64,000 nucleotides of DNA. Source: an uncultured Poribacteria bacterium. Its GTDB lineage: Bacteria; Poribacteria; WGA-4E; WGA-3G. Shown here piece by piece: positions 50,050-60,759 of the stretch (its first letter is position 1; each line of letters starts with the position of its first letter). Where the stretch lies: contig CATQHZ020000001.1 in assembly GCA_958296135.2 (NCBI GenBank), forward strand, positions 2,560,001 through 2,624,000, given 5' to 3'. Both the position numbers and the translations under genes were made by a program. Under the pieces are notes generated by a model. It worked only from the letters and a program-made list of their open reading frames with translations, was not told the DNA's origin and searched no databases.

Positions 50050-52599
50050 CTAATTCCCCTGCAACTTCGCCGAAATTTCCGGGAACTCCTGCTCACTGAA
50101 CACTAACTGAAAGATAGCCGGCGCGTCCCCTTCATGAACCGTCATCGTGCCAGCAGTGTTGAATGCACCCTCCAACGTCTTCAACACCTTCTCCTTATAC
50201 CGCGTGTCCACGTTACCACGCAGATGCTCTCCCTTCGTCTCGAAAATCAGCAGCCGCGTCTCACCCGCGATCTGCCCCGCCACCGCGACGAAATCCGGAT
50301 AGATACGCTCCTGTTTCCACCCCTGCACGTAATACGAACCCTGTTGCCGCGCCGCCACCCGATGCCACCAACGCAACGCCTGCTCCTCATCAAGGTAGCA
50401 TGCAAAACGCTTTTCCAACTCAGAATCGAAATAACGCGCGAAGACCGGCTCAAAAAGGCTTAACTGCACCGGTTGGAAATCCTGCCGCGTCAACACCGGC
50501 TCATTAGGACTCACCAATAAGTCGTATTGCTCCACCATGCGGAAATTAGGCTCCCCCATCTCCAAGTCAAAGCGGATTTCACCAGCGTTCAGTTTTTTCC
50601 GAAAACACTGCTCCGCCTGTGTTGCCACCTCACTCTTGACATGTTCGCGCAACACATAAGTGAGATGAGTGCGTCGATCGTAGATATCCTCGTCGGTTTC
50701 GCCGTTTTTCTTCAGACTTTCGATAAGTTCCTGAGCGATGCGCGCCGCCTGCCACAGATTCGGCACAATGTCCGACAGCCGGTTCGCAAAATCGGTGACA
50801 CGAACCGTTTTGTCAATCTGCACCTCCTGAGCGGCGTGGAAAACGGGCAACGTCTCCTCCACATCAACGATGGCGGATTGTCGCCTCACGGTAGCGGGTG
50901 CAGAGGCGTTCGGGTCCGGCGGCGCGATAGCCACCCAATCTATTTCCGCCAAGATATGCGCAGCATAACTAAGGGAAATCCACTCGTCGCCCTTTTTATG
51001 GAGCACCATCGGCAGAAACATCTCCTCACCCCGAAATTTCTCGCGGCGTTCCACAGTAATGCGCCTAACCTTGTCTCCCTCTTGCAAGCTTAACTCGCCC
51101 ATCACTTCGTCGCCTAAGCCGGTGAGTCCTTCCGCTTCTAAGCCGTTCTTCACCTGATTGACGACGGTGCCCACCTCGGTGTTGTTGCAGTAGACATAAC
51201 ACCGATTCAGTGCCTCCCGGTTTGTGAGTCGGGCATGCGGCTGCCGCATCACCCGTCCGACCAGCTGCGTAATCGCGCGCTGTGCCTGCGTATTGTCCAA
51301 CATCACTAAGAGATAGGCGAACGGGCAATCCCACCCTTCCATGAGCGCGGATTTGGTGATTATCCATCGCACCGACGAGTATTTGGAGAGCAGGTCTTCG
51401 CGCCCGAGCTCATCGTTGTCGGCGGATTTGACGCGAATCTCTCTCCCGGAAACGCCTAAATTTTTAATGAGATACTCCCGCACATCCTCGGCATGCACGC
51501 GCTTGCCATCGCGCTGATCTCTGCCGGTTCGCTCAACGCGGACAACGGCGATGGGCCGGATATACCGCCCGGTGCGATGCTCAAATACCTTCGCTTCCTT
51601 ATCAAGCTGATCCAACTCATCAACCGCCTGGCCGAGTGTCAATTGCCACTCGGCATTCGGAAAGGCTGTCACCTGCACTGGCAGCTTAATCATCTGCTCT
51701 TTTTTCAGGTCTGGCCCCTCAATATCGACGAGCAGATTGCTAATGCCGCGGTTCGGTGTCGCGGAGAGCTCAATCACGAGGCTCGGGTCAAGCCGACTGA
51801 TAGAACGCGCGAACTCCTCGTTGGCTTCCCGCTTTTTCGCGCCGTATGCCTTATGCGCTTCGTCTAGCACCACGACAGGCCGCAGTATCTTAAACACGTT
51901 GAACAGACTGTGCTTGACGAACCTGCCCTTCTCATGTCGCTCCAGGTCCGGATATTCGTTAAGCAATCGGGCATCGCCGAGGATATCGCCCGGGTTAGGG
52001 AAAAATGTCGGATAACGCCCGGAATCTCGAAACATCCGCAAGAACTCCTTCCCTTTGCGTCGGTTCGCCGCCGGCAACATCAGCAACATCACGCATAGGT
52101 AGTTGGCGACATCGTCTCTGTTGAATACATCTTCCTTTTCCAACACCTTCACGCGGCCCCCACTTGCCTTTTCCAACATCTGGCGATAGGGATGCTGCCG
52201 AGTCCAGAGAGCCGTTCGCGTCTGCTGATAGATGGCACGACTCGGCACTACCCACAATACGAGGCCGGTTTGGCGATGGAGGCGTTCTAGCGCGGCAGCG
52301 GCGAGCAAGGTTTTCCCACCGCCAGTCGGCACTTTGAAGCAGATATGCGGGATGGGACGATTCGCCTCGTCAGTGCGCGATACGTATTCGCCCGCGCTAT
52401 CCGCAACGCCACCTTTCTCAGACAGGTTTTGCCAGGCTTTTTGCGGGTAATTGCTAATTACATCCGGAATCTCATCAATCCCACCCTGTTTCAACGTCTG
52501 GATTAATGTCTCCATCTCATTCCGCGCCTCTTTGACTTCTTCCAACCAACGGCTAAAAGCATCCAGCGCGCTGAGCTGGTAGGTTTTCAATTGCATCAT
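50050..52599 (-). CDS. type III restriction enzyme Res subunit (DEAH helicase + PD-(D/E)XK)
   Basis: PTGGGKT, DEAH, SATP, EGWD, QLVGR, YPDF...FETKG. Confidence 0.9.
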   Translation of the reverse strand: MMQLKTYQLSALDAFSRWLEEVKEARNEMETLIQTLKQGGIDEIPDVISNYPQKAWQNLSEKGGVADSAGEYVSRTDEANRPIPHICFKVPTGGGKTLLAAAALERLHRQTGLVLWVVPSRAIYQQTRTALWTRQHPYRQMLEKASGGRVKVLEKEDVFNRDDVANYLCVMLLMLPAANRRKGKEFLRMFRDSGRYPTFFPNPGDILGDARLLNEYPDLERHEKGRFVKHSLFNVFKILRPVVVLDEAHKAYGAKKREANEEFARSISRLDPSLVIELSATPNRGISNLLVDIEGPDLKKEQMIKLPVQVTAFPNAEWQLTLGQAVDELDQLDKEAKVFEHRTGRYIRPIAVVRVERTGRDQRDGKRVHAEDVREYLIKNLGVSGREIRVKSADNDELGREDLLSKYSSVRWIITKSALMEGWDCPFAYLLVMLDNTQAQRAITQLVGRVMRQPHARLTNREALNRCYVYCNNTEVGTVVNQVKNGLEAEGLTGLGDEVMGELSLQEGDKVRRITVERREKFRGEEMFLPMVLHKKGDEWISLSYAAHILAEIDWVAIAPPDPNASAPATVRRQSAIVDVEETLPVFHAAQEVQIDKTVRVTDFANRLSDIVPNLWQAARIAQELIESLKKNGETDEDIYDRRTHLTYVLREHVKSEVATQAEQCFRKKLNAGEIRFDLEMGEPNFRMVEQYDLLVSPNEPVLTRQDFQPVQLSLFEPVFARYFDSELEKRFACYLDEEQALRWWHRVAARQQGSYYVQGWKQERIYPDFVAVAGQIAGETRLLIFETKGEHLRGNVDTRYKEKVLKTLEGAFNTAGTMTVHEGDAPAIFQLVFSEQEFPEISAKLQGN

Positions 52600-52611
52600 G
52601 GGAATACCTCC

Positions 52612-54297
52612 CTATGTTTCGCGAACGATGTGTGGGAGTTGACAGAAAGTCACCTCCAAATCCATCAAATCGGCAAGTTCTAAGTATTTGGCGGATGCGT
52701 AAACCACCGCTTTTCTGCCGTTCAGCGCACCAGCGGCACTCATGCGTTCCGCCTGCTCCCATTTCAGCACGGACGCGTTGCTCCGTAAATACTCCAAGTC
52801 CGGCTTATACAGCAGATAATGGTCAAATTTATCATCGCTGTAAAAGAGCCCATCCTCATTTTTCGGAGTTAACGCTCCCGGGCCAGCGGAAACGCCAGTA
52901 GTCGTATAGAGCAGATGCGCAGCGAACGACTCATAAGACGGAAGTCCCCCACCGAGGAGCAATTTCTCTATCTCTGTCGGTTTGCCCAACGTGCAGTAGG
53001 TAAAAGAGCCGCCCAATCCTTCGCGCAGGCTGCCGTTTTTAGCATGCGGGACACCGTTGATAACACGGCGCACACGTTCGGCGGTTATCGTGTCCGCATA
53101 CTCCTCGCACTCAACAAGGATAAACTTTCGTTTTCCATCGTCTTCCTTGTTTAAGGATAGCACGGCGTGGGCGGTTGTCCCAGAACCTGCAAACGAGTCA
53201 AGAACAACGTCGTCTGGACCTACGTTTGCAAACCTGATAAGATCCGCAATCAACGGCACCGCTTTGGGGAAATCAAACACACGTTGTTCATCCATCAGCG
53301 CGTTGATGATATTCGTCCCATTCGCAGCAGCGTATTCAGGCTTATACCAGAGTGAGCGGGGTTTTGAAGTGAATGTATCACCGATGTCTGGCCTCACTTT
53401 CGTGATGAGTTGGTAGCCGCTGCGCTCATGAGGGCGCACGATAAGGTCCTGACGATTGTTTTTAACGCGGTCCCGGCCCCATCGCCATACCGCGTCGCTT
53501 CCATCACTGTGGGTAGGAAACAGTTCTGTATCTTCCGGAGAACGTCGGGACAAACTAATTGATAAGTCTGCACCGATATAGATAGGGAAGTATAAATTCG
53601 GGCGGTCTTCACGGTTAGCACTCGTCCCAGACCGAACTAATCCATATCCTTCCTTGTAATAACCAAGCTCATCTTGTTTCCAATCCTCCGGGTCTTCATT
53701 CGCGGGCAAGCGAGCGAGGCTGACTTGGTTGACATTCTTCGCGAAGACGTGAATGTACTCAGTTACCTGCGTCATCCATCGGCCAGGCAGCGCACCGAGA
53801 TTCTGAACGTAAATCAGAGTGCCGATGAAATTTTGTTCCCCGAAGATTTCTTCTAAACTCGCCAAAAGCCGCCACTGCTCATGGTCATCAATTGACACAA
53901 AAATGACTCCATCTTCCGAGAGCAACTCTCGCAGCAAGTGAAGACGTGGCCACAACATGCACAGCCACTTGTCATGCCGCTCCATGTCTTCCCCATCAAC
54001 AGGTTTGTTCTCTTCAAGCCATGCCTGCATCAACGGGCTGTTTACCCGGTCGTTGTAGACCCAGTCTTGGCTGCCTGTATTATAGGGCGGATCGATGTAG
54101 ATGCACTTCACGCGATTCGCATAGCGCGGCAATAACGCCTTCAGCGCGTAAAGGTTGTCCCCATGGATAATGAGGTTATCTTCGGCAAACCCAGATGGGT
54201 TGCAAGAACGGGCCTCGTCCGGTTCAATCGGGCGATACGGGACCGTGAGGTGATGCGCGTAGATATTATGTTTGCCTTTGAATTCAAGGGTTGGCAT
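52612..54297 (-). CDS. type III Mod DNA adenine methyltransferase
   Basis: IHGDNL, DPPY, FPK, DSFAGSGTT. Confidence 0.92.
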   Translation of the reverse strand: MPTLEFKGKHNIYAHHLTVPYRPIEPDEARSCNPSGFAEDNLIIHGDNLYALKALLPRYANRVKCIYIDPPYNTGSQDWVYNDRVNSPLMQAWLEENKPVDGEDMERHDKWLCMLWPRLHLLRELLSEDGVIFVSIDDHEQWRLLASLEEIFGEQNFIGTLIYVQNLGALPGRWMTQVTEYIHVFAKNVNQVSLARLPANEDPEDWKQDELGYYKEGYGLVRSGTSANREDRPNLYFPIYIGADLSISLSRRSPEDTELFPTHSDGSDAVWRWGRDRVKNNRQDLIVRPHERSGYQLITKVRPDIGDTFTSKPRSLWYKPEYAAANGTNIINALMDEQRVFDFPKAVPLIADLIRFANVGPDDVVLDSFAGSGTTAHAVLSLNKEDDGKRKFILVECEEYADTITAERVRRVINGVPHAKNGSLREGLGGSFTYCTLGKPTEIEKLLLGGGLPSYESFAAHLLYTTTGVSAGPGALTPKNEDGLFYSDDKFDHYLLYKPDLEYLRSNASVLKWEQAERMSAAGALNGRKAVVYASAKYLELADLMDLEVTFCQLPHIVRET

Positions 54298-54434
54298 AGT
54301 CAAATTCCTCCCGAAAAATCCGCGAATTGTCAAAACACTTCTTAAAGTTTAACACACCTTTGCATGAAATGTCAAGCAATTTGTGAAGTAATTTTCACCG
54401 GAAATCTCCTAATCCTGCAGCAAGAGACAGAACA

Positions 54435-54905
54435 CTATGTAGCAAGCACATACGGCCGCTTATCAAGATGATAAACCACATGCCCCTCATTCTCCTTGAA
54501 ACCCAACGACGCATAAAACGCCTCTTCACAATCGGCGACGATGTAGCCAGTGATGAACGTCGCGCCCATCGCTTCCAACTCGCGCAAGAGGCATTCGCCA
54601 AGCGATTTGCCAACGCACCTCTCGTCCGCCTCCAGCAGCGAACCGTTGGCATACTTCGGACTGCCGCCTTGGTAACGAAGGTCCAGCGAGAATTCCATGA
54701 TATGCGCGGAAAGCCCATCAAACGTCGCGCGAGCAAGCCCGATGAGTTCGTCGTCAGCGCGAGCGGCAACAATCAGATGCGGATATTCCAATATCTTCGC
54801 CGCCGTATCTTTGCCAAACCCGACTTCGCAGATGTCATTCCGCTCATAGAAAGCGAACAATTCGTCGGCAGTCAGTTTAGGATTAACGTGGATAGTAACA
54901 GTCAT
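54435..54905 (-). CDS. GNAT-like acetyltransferase
   Basis: LIGLAR, G+SL, FYASLGF; RBS GAGGAG. Confidence 0.7.
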   Translation of the reverse strand: MTVTIHVNPKLTADELFAFYERNDICEVGFGKDTAAKILEYPHLIVAARADDELIGLARATFDGLSAHIMEFSLDLRYQGGSPKYANGSLLEADERCVGKSLGECLLRELEAMGATFITGYIVADCEEAFYASLGFKENEGHVVYHLDKRPYVLAT

Positions 54906-55078
54906 AGTTTCTCCTCCTCATCGAAAATCGCACTTGGCCCGTAGAGCGGGGACCTGTCCCCACCCCGGTAGGAGAGACCTCCCGCGTCTCGAATATCCTT
55001 AAATGATGTGACACAAAATTTGTAATTTTGGTATAATGCATCAACAATCAACTCTCTAATGCAGAAGGATACGCAAAC

Positions 55079-55906
55079 ATGAAATTTGCACGTGAAGAAA
55101 TTTTAGCCAAATTGCGCGCCAATATTGACGCAGGCAAACCGATTATCGGCGCAGGTGCCGGCACCGGCATCTCCGCTAAATGCGAGGCGGCCGGCGGCAT
55201 CGACCTGATTATTATCTACAACTCCGGCAGATTCCGCATGGCTGGCAGAGGCTCTCTCGCCGGCATGATGCCCTACGGTGACGCAAACCAGATTGTCGTG
55301 GAGATGGCCAGCGAAGTACTACCCGTCGTCCAAAACACGCCGGTTCTCGCAGGCGTTTGTGGGACAGACCCGTTTCGGCTCATGGATGTCTTCTTGAAGC
55401 AGATAGATGCCATCGGGTTCTCCGGCGTTCAGAACTTCCCCACCGTCGGGCTGATTGACGGCACCTTCCGCCAACTTCTGGAGGAAACCGACATGGGATA
55501 CGGACCGGAAGTGGCGATGATCCGCACCGCGCACGAAATGAATCTGCTCACTACGCCCTATGCCTTCAACGCCACAGAAGCGGAGCAGATGGCAGACGCA
55601 GGCGCGGATATCCTCGTCGCGCACATGGGACTAACCACGAAAGGCTCCATCGGCGCGAAGACCGCGCTCACGCTTGAGGATGCCGCCAAGCGCGTGCAAA
55701 CAATCCACGACGCAGCAAAGGGGGTCAACCCCGAAACTCTCGTCATCTGCCACGGCGGCCCCATCGCTGAACCCGAAGACGCTAGTTACGTCTTGGAGAA
55801 TACCGAGGGCGTTGTCGGATTCTACGGCGCATCTAGTGCCGAACGCCTCCCCACAGAACGCGCGATTACTGCACAGATCGAGGCGTTTAAAGCAATTCGT
55901 TTCTGA
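55079..55906 (+). CDS. PEP hydrolase-like TIM-barrel protein
   Basis: [37 protein letters not shown]. Confidence 0.9.
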   Translation: MKFAREEILAKLRANIDAGKPIIGAGAGTGISAKCEAAGGIDLIIIYNSGRFRMAGRGSLAGMMPYGDANQIVVEMASEVLPVVQNTPVLAGVCGTDPFRLMDVFLKQIDAIGFSGVQNFPTVGLIDGTFRQLLEETDMGYGPEVAMIRTAHEMNLLTTPYAFNATEAEQMADAGADILVAHMGLTTKGSIGAKTALTLEDAAKRVQTIHDAAKGVNPETLVICHGGPIAEPEDASYVLENTEGVVGFYGASSAERLPTERAITAQIEAFKAIRF

Positions 55907-56044
55907 GTACCTGCGGATGTCTCTATCCGCCCGTATGGCTCGCCAGAAATGCCCCGGTTGTTTCCCTAATTTTCATCTGAGCCTGAAAAGAAAACTGGCA
56001 TCCAACCTGCAGAAAGCATCTCAATATAAGGAGGAACTAACCCC

Positions 56045-56845
56045 ATGACTGACGAAGAAAAATTTCGCTTTGACCTGACAGGATTTCTCGTCCGGCCCGC
56101 GATTTTAAGCCGCGCCGAGGTTGACGCAATCGTAGACCAGATTGACAGAATCCACCATAATCCCGAATCGCTGCCGCCAGAGCATCGCGCTGTGCCGGGA
56201 GGCCCCGCGAGCGTCCTCATCGATCATCCCAAGGTCATCGATGTTTTGCACGAGATCATCGGCCCCGATATCCGACTTGAAAGCAGCGCCGCGGTGTGGA
56301 GGAAACAGGGGCAAGAGCACGGCGGCCTCCACGGCGGCGGACCGGGCCAAGCAGACCCGATTTTCGGGTATCGCGTTAACAACGGCCGTATTCACGCCGG
56401 AATGGTGCGCGTCGTTTTTGAACTCACCGATGTTACCAAAGACGACGGCGCGACGCATTTTATCGCCGGCAGTCATAAGTCAAACTTCCCAATGCATCCA
56501 GACCACCTGTCATTAGAGGCCGGCAAACGCAGCCCGTTTCTGACCACTTATGAATGCCCGGCGGGGAGTGCCATTTTCTTTACAGAGAATTTGTGTCACG
56601 CCGGCCCGGTGTGGCAGCGTGACACGCCGCGCGTCGCCGTGTTGAACGCCTACGCGCATCTCGCGACACATTGGCATCGGCTGCGCATTCCGCCGGAAGT
56701 GCTTTTGGCATTGCCACGAGAGAAGCAGGCATACTTCCGTGAACCGTGGATCGCCGATTTCCGCACGCGTCCAGCAACGCATAACACCATCGAAAGGTTC
56801 CTCCAAAACGATGAACCGCCGGTTAACACCGATCATCAGCCGTGA
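56045..56845 (+). CDS. PhyH-family Fe/2OG enzyme with HGG instead of HxD
   Basis: FDLTGFL, LHGG, DGAT..IAGSHK, HAG, R. Confidence 0.8.
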   Translation: MTDEEKFRFDLTGFLVRPAILSRAEVDAIVDQIDRIHHNPESLPPEHRAVPGGPASVLIDHPKVIDVLHEIIGPDIRLESSAAVWRKQGQEHGGLHGGGPGQADPIFGYRVNNGRIHAGMVRVVFELTDVTKDDGATHFIAGSHKSNFPMHPDHLSLEAGKRSPFLTTYECPAGSAIFFTENLCHAGPVWQRDTPRVAVLNAYAHLATHWHRLRIPPEVLLALPREKQAYFREPWIADFRTRPATHNTIERFLQNDEPPVNTDHQP

Positions 56846-56900
56846 TAGAAAGCCTTCTTAACACGTAGGGCGAGGGCCTGTCCCTCGCCCTACGTTATTA

Positions 56901-57908
56901 TTAGGGACGCTCCATCGGTACGACAATTTCACCTGAAATTATCCGCGCCTTCAGAGCCTCAACCTGCTCCACTATCTCCGCAGAGAGTTGTTCATCGGGC
57001 GCATAATTAACGCCGCCTTCCGCGAGGCCAGGAGAGTGAATCCCGGGTGTAAAGTTTCCCGCCGCGAAATCGCTGATAACACGATACGCATCGGTATCAA
57101 TTCCCACGAGCAGACTCGTTAAGACAACCTCCGGTGCGGCATAGTTAACATCCATGAAAGTCCAGATGACAAACCGGTCTTCGCCTGCTTGCGCCGCTTC
57201 AATCGCCCCAAACCCGGCGGAATCTGCCATAGAGTAAATGACATCAACGCCGTTTTCATAGTGGTCTAAGGCGATGGTTTTCGCCACATCGGGTTGATAG
57301 AACCCTTGCGCGTTGTCGGCAACATAGCCGATGAGCACCTCTGCCTCTGGATTGACAGCTTTCACACCGGCCACGTAGCCAGCTCCATACTGATACAACC
57401 CGGGCACGTCAGCACCGCCAAGGTAGCCGACTTTTCCTGTCTTTGACGTGAATGCAGCAATCGCGCCGACGAGGAAGGCAGCCTCGTTTGCTTTATACGT
57501 GAAAGAGGCGACGTTGGGCAAGTCAACCGCACCGATAAAAATGACGAACTTGACATCAGGGAACTCCGGTGCCACGCGTGCAAGGGGCTCGCTCATTTGG
57601 AAGCCGGACGTAATCACGAGCCCGGACTGCTGTGCGGCTGCGCGCAGCCGCATCTCCCATGTCTCCGCGTCGCTCTCTACCTCAGTAATTTCAACGCCGC
57701 CCTCGGCTCTCGCTTTTTGCACGCCGTGATAAAGCACATCGCAGAAAGAGGAGTCGCCGAGGCAATCGCCGGGATACACGACGCTCACCTGCATCGGCGC
57801 GCTTGCAGGCTCAGAAAGGATGACTTCCTGCGCCCGCTGGCAACCATAAATACCGAGGAAAACAACGGTTAAAACGATAACGTTCATCAATAAATGCAGA
57901 TTCTTCAT
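56901..57908 (-). CDS. BMP family ABC substrate-binding lipoprotein
   Basis: Lipobox IYGC, D.SF, APEFPDVKF, EAAFLVG, SKTGKVGYLGG. Confidence 0.9.
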   Translation of the reverse strand: MKNLHLLMNVIVLTVVFLGIYGCQRAQEVILSEPASAPMQVSVVYPGDCLGDSSFCDVLYHGVQKARAEGGVEITEVESDAETWEMRLRAAAQQSGLVITSGFQMSEPLARVAPEFPDVKFVIFIGAVDLPNVASFTYKANEAAFLVGAIAAFTSKTGKVGYLGGADVPGLYQYGAGYVAGVKAVNPEAEVLIGYVADNAQGFYQPDVAKTIALDHYENGVDVIYSMADSAGFGAIEAAQAGEDRFVIWTFMDVNYAAPEVVLTSLLVGIDTDAYRVISDFAAGNFTPGIHSPGLAEGGVNYAPDEQLSAEIVEQVEALKARIISGEIVVPMERP

Positions 57909-57929
57909 AATTTCTCCTTATAACGTGAA

Positions 57930-58575
57930 AAAATAGTTTGCATTTTTTCCGTTGAATAGGGTATACTAATTAACAAACGATTTTAACATATTCCACGCCG
58001 AAAGGCAAGAGCGATTTTTTCAGCCATATATGTCAAAACAGACAGCCTTGCGCCCGGCATCGGGTGAGGAAGGAGTTTGTGTCAACGATGCAGAAACAGG
58101 GCATCTATGAGCAGATGGTGCGAGTCCTAGAGAACCATGGCGGGCTGATATTATCACATATCGCTATCTTCGCCTTCTATGGGTATCTGTTTCTCGCACA
58201 TTGGAAACCTAATAGCGGACTGGTGAAACTGCTGCAAGCGCACGGCAGCACCGCACAAGTTGTCTCAATTGCAGCCGTCTTGACAGCCGCATGACTTACA
58301 TGGTGGGGTGAAAAAGTGTTATTTCGACTGAAGGAACGCGAGCGGTTGGCGCACTTAGAAGACCGCGTCGCCGAACTAGAACCTCTGGCTGCCAAAGTCC
58401 CGCTGCTAGAACAGCAGAACGCCGAAAAGGACGCGCGCCTTGCTGAACAGGCCGCGCGCCTTGCTGAACTGGAAAACCAGAAGGCACCGACGCAGCCGGA
58501 GCATCACTAAGGAAAAAGGATTTCTATATCCACCCTTATACCCAATTAACAGGCGGATATGGAAATCCTCCCTTA
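57930..58575. repeat. long direct repeat, copy 1
   Basis: Near-identical to 60760-61427. Confidence 0.95.
58064..58510 (+). CDS. membrane + coiled-coil reading frame split by in-frame TGA (58292)
   Basis: ORFs 58064-58294 and 58316-58510 are in one frame: VLTAA*LTWWGEKVLFRL. Confidence 0.5.
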
Positions 58576-58697
58576 CAATTCATTATCTTCCATCCGAGAA
58601 CTGAATCGTTCTAGTAGAATTGATTTTTTGTTGCGATAGGGCGTAAATATGTGGTAAAATTTATTTATAGAAAGCAACGTCTTGAGGAATAGGAAGG

Positions 58698-60161
58698 ATG
58701 ATGACAGGAAACACCAAACCTACGGATAAACTCCTAGATGTCCAAATTTCTGTGCAGAATTTTGGGCCAATAGAGAAGGCGGAGATTCACCTTCGCCCCT
58801 TAACCGTGTTTGTCGGTGAGAGCAACACCGGTAAAACGTATCTCTCCGCGCTGATTTATGCACTGCATCAGCATTTTGAGGGGTTCCCAGGTTCTCCCTG
58901 GCCTGCCCACACTCTTTTCTTTTTAGAGTCTATCTACCACTATCAGGACTCCTCTTCCTCCACTCAGGCTGCCTTCAAGAAAGAAATTCTGGAGGCACTC
59001 AAAAAATTGAATACGCCTGAGCGGCCGTTCAAGTTTTCGGATTTACCTCAAGGGCTGAGGGGCTTCCTACAGCGTCGTCTGGAAGATTCTGAAAGCTTTG
59101 GAAACCGACTCAAGCGGTGCTTCGATCTGAAGTCTGTTTCAAAATTAGTGCGGTTCTCCGATGGCGCGCGCAACGAACTGAACGTTTTATTGGAGGTTCG
59201 CGAAACCTGTCAAACACGCTGGAATTGTGCATTACAGGATGCCGGATCTGGACTTACTGTTCGTGGATATGTCAACACCAACACCTCCTTTTCCCCAGCC
59301 GAGACAGCGGTGTTTTGGGAGCTATTTGACGTTAACCCTACGGGTTCTCTTTGGGCTCCTGTGAGGCAGACAACAGAAGCGTATTACTTGCCTGCTGCGC
59401 GGAGTGGCATCATGCAAAGCCACGGGGTGATTGCGAGCTCGCTTATAGAGAACGCCACTCGCATCGGTTTGGAACGCTTTCCTGCGATTCCCGCGTTTTC
59501 GGGGATGATAGCGGATTTTCTCAAGTTAATTGTCCGCTATGATGAGCACAACGGCTCTTCGGACGAAATGAGGCGCATCGCCAACGCATTGGAGGACGAG
59601 GTGCTGCGCGGTGAGATACAGGTAAAACGGCCTGTGCCGGAGGGGTACCCGGAATTCCTCTATCACCCGATGAAAACAAATGAGGCACTGCGTCTGAGTC
59701 AATCATCGTCTATGGTATCCGAACTCGCCCCTTTAGTGCTGTTCTTGCGAGGTATCGTTAACCCGGGAGATTTGCTTATCATTGAAGAACCTGAGTCGCA
59801 CCTGCACCCTGGTGCCCAGACCGCGATAGCTCGCACTCTTGCACGTTTGGTCCGAGCGGGAGTGCGTGTAGTTATCACGACGCATAGCGACTGGCTCCTC
59901 CAACAACTCGGAAACCTCATCCGCGAGGGAGAAGCAAATAAACGAAAAAACAGCACACCGGCATCGGCCGATTGGCTAGTCAAGGAAGAGGTTGGCACAT
60001 GGTGGTTCCACCGAGATAAGCCTGTGGAAGAAATCTCGTTTGATCGAATCGAGGGAATAGAGCCACCTGATTACGAAGCAGTTTCCGATACGCTCTATGA
60101 TAGCGCGATTCGCCTCCAGCAACAACTGCTGGAAAAGGAGGCAACCGATGGAATGGAGTGA
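58698..60161 (+). CDS. ABC-type AAA_15/AAA_21 ATPase (defence-associated type)
   Basis: Walker A GESNTGKT, LSQSSSM signature, IIEEPESHLHP, TTHS. Confidence 0.9.
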   Translation: MMTGNTKPTDKLLDVQISVQNFGPIEKAEIHLRPLTVFVGESNTGKTYLSALIYALHQHFEGFPGSPWPAHTLFFLESIYHYQDSSSSTQAAFKKEILEALKKLNTPERPFKFSDLPQGLRGFLQRRLEDSESFGNRLKRCFDLKSVSKLVRFSDGARNELNVLLEVRETCQTRWNCALQDAGSGLTVRGYVNTNTSFSPAETAVFWELFDVNPTGSLWAPVRQTTEAYYLPAARSGIMQSHGVIASSLIENATRIGLERFPAIPAFSGMIADFLKLIVRYDEHNGSSDEMRRIANALEDEVLRGEIQVKRPVPEGYPEFLYHPMKTNEALRLSQSSSMVSELAPLVLFLRGIVNPGDLLIIEEPESHLHPGAQTAIARTLARLVRAGVRVVITTHSDWLLQQLGNLIREGEANKRKNSTPASADWLVKEEVGTWWFHRDKPVEEISFDRIEGIEPPDYEAVSDTLYDSAIRLQQQLLEKEATDGME

Positions 60162-60645
60162 GGTTCTTGACGAAATCCGCAAACGGGTGGGCGAAGAGAA
60201 CCTTACGAACTCCTGCGGCGGCGAGGGATGTCGGGTGGATATGACTGATGTCCCGCGTGAGCGGATTGTGGTAGACGTTGAACGTGTGTTTCAAGTCAAC
60301 CGAAGGAGAGGCAAGCGATGCGACCGGATGCTTTTTTACGTTGATACGGCTAGAAGCAAACTCGTTGTCGTCTTAATTGAACTCAAGAGCGGCAACGTCA
60401 ACGCCAGGAAAGTCTCCGAACAATTGCAAAGCGGGGCAAACTTTGCTTCTGGTTTAGTGCCGCCGGATATTGAAACGACTTGCATCCCAGTGGTGTTCCA
60501 CGGCGCGCGAATTCATGATGCACAACTCCCAAAACTGAAACGAGCCGAAATCCGTTTCCATCGCCGGACGTTTCCTATTTGGAAAAGGAAATGTGGTAGA
60601 CGCACCAAAAATCTGGCGAGTGTGCTGAAACTCGCGTCGGCATAA
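60148..60645 (+). CDS. small PD-(D/E)XK-like nuclease
   Basis: KRCD...VLIELKSG, EQL; RBS AAGGAGG; overlaps ATPase stop. Confidence 0.65.
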   Translation: MEWSEVLDEIRKRVGEENLTNSCGGEGCRVDMTDVPRERIVVDVERVFQVNRRRGKRCDRMLFYVDTARSKLVVVLIELKSGNVNARKVSEQLQSGANFASGLVPPDIETTCIPVVFHGARIHDAQLPKLKRAEIRFHRRTFPIWKRKCGRRTKNLASVLKLASA

Positions 60646-60759
60646 TACCAATAGGACTGACGCAGACCCAACCCGGTACAAACCAATGCATCGAGACGTT
60701 AATGCGCAAGGTTAGTTGGATTCGTGGCAAACTTGAAGGACGCAACGAGTCAAAAAGTG

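Noticed and set aside
52612-54297. Phase-variable mod gene
   Set aside because: No simple sequence repeat tract seen in the ORF
57995-58012. Riboswitch at GCCGAAAGGC
   Set aside because: Only a short GNRA hairpin; better explained as part of the minus-strand -35 region
58292-58340. Selenocysteine at the conserved TGA
   Set aside because: No clear SECIS hairpin and no redox motif context, unlike 35047
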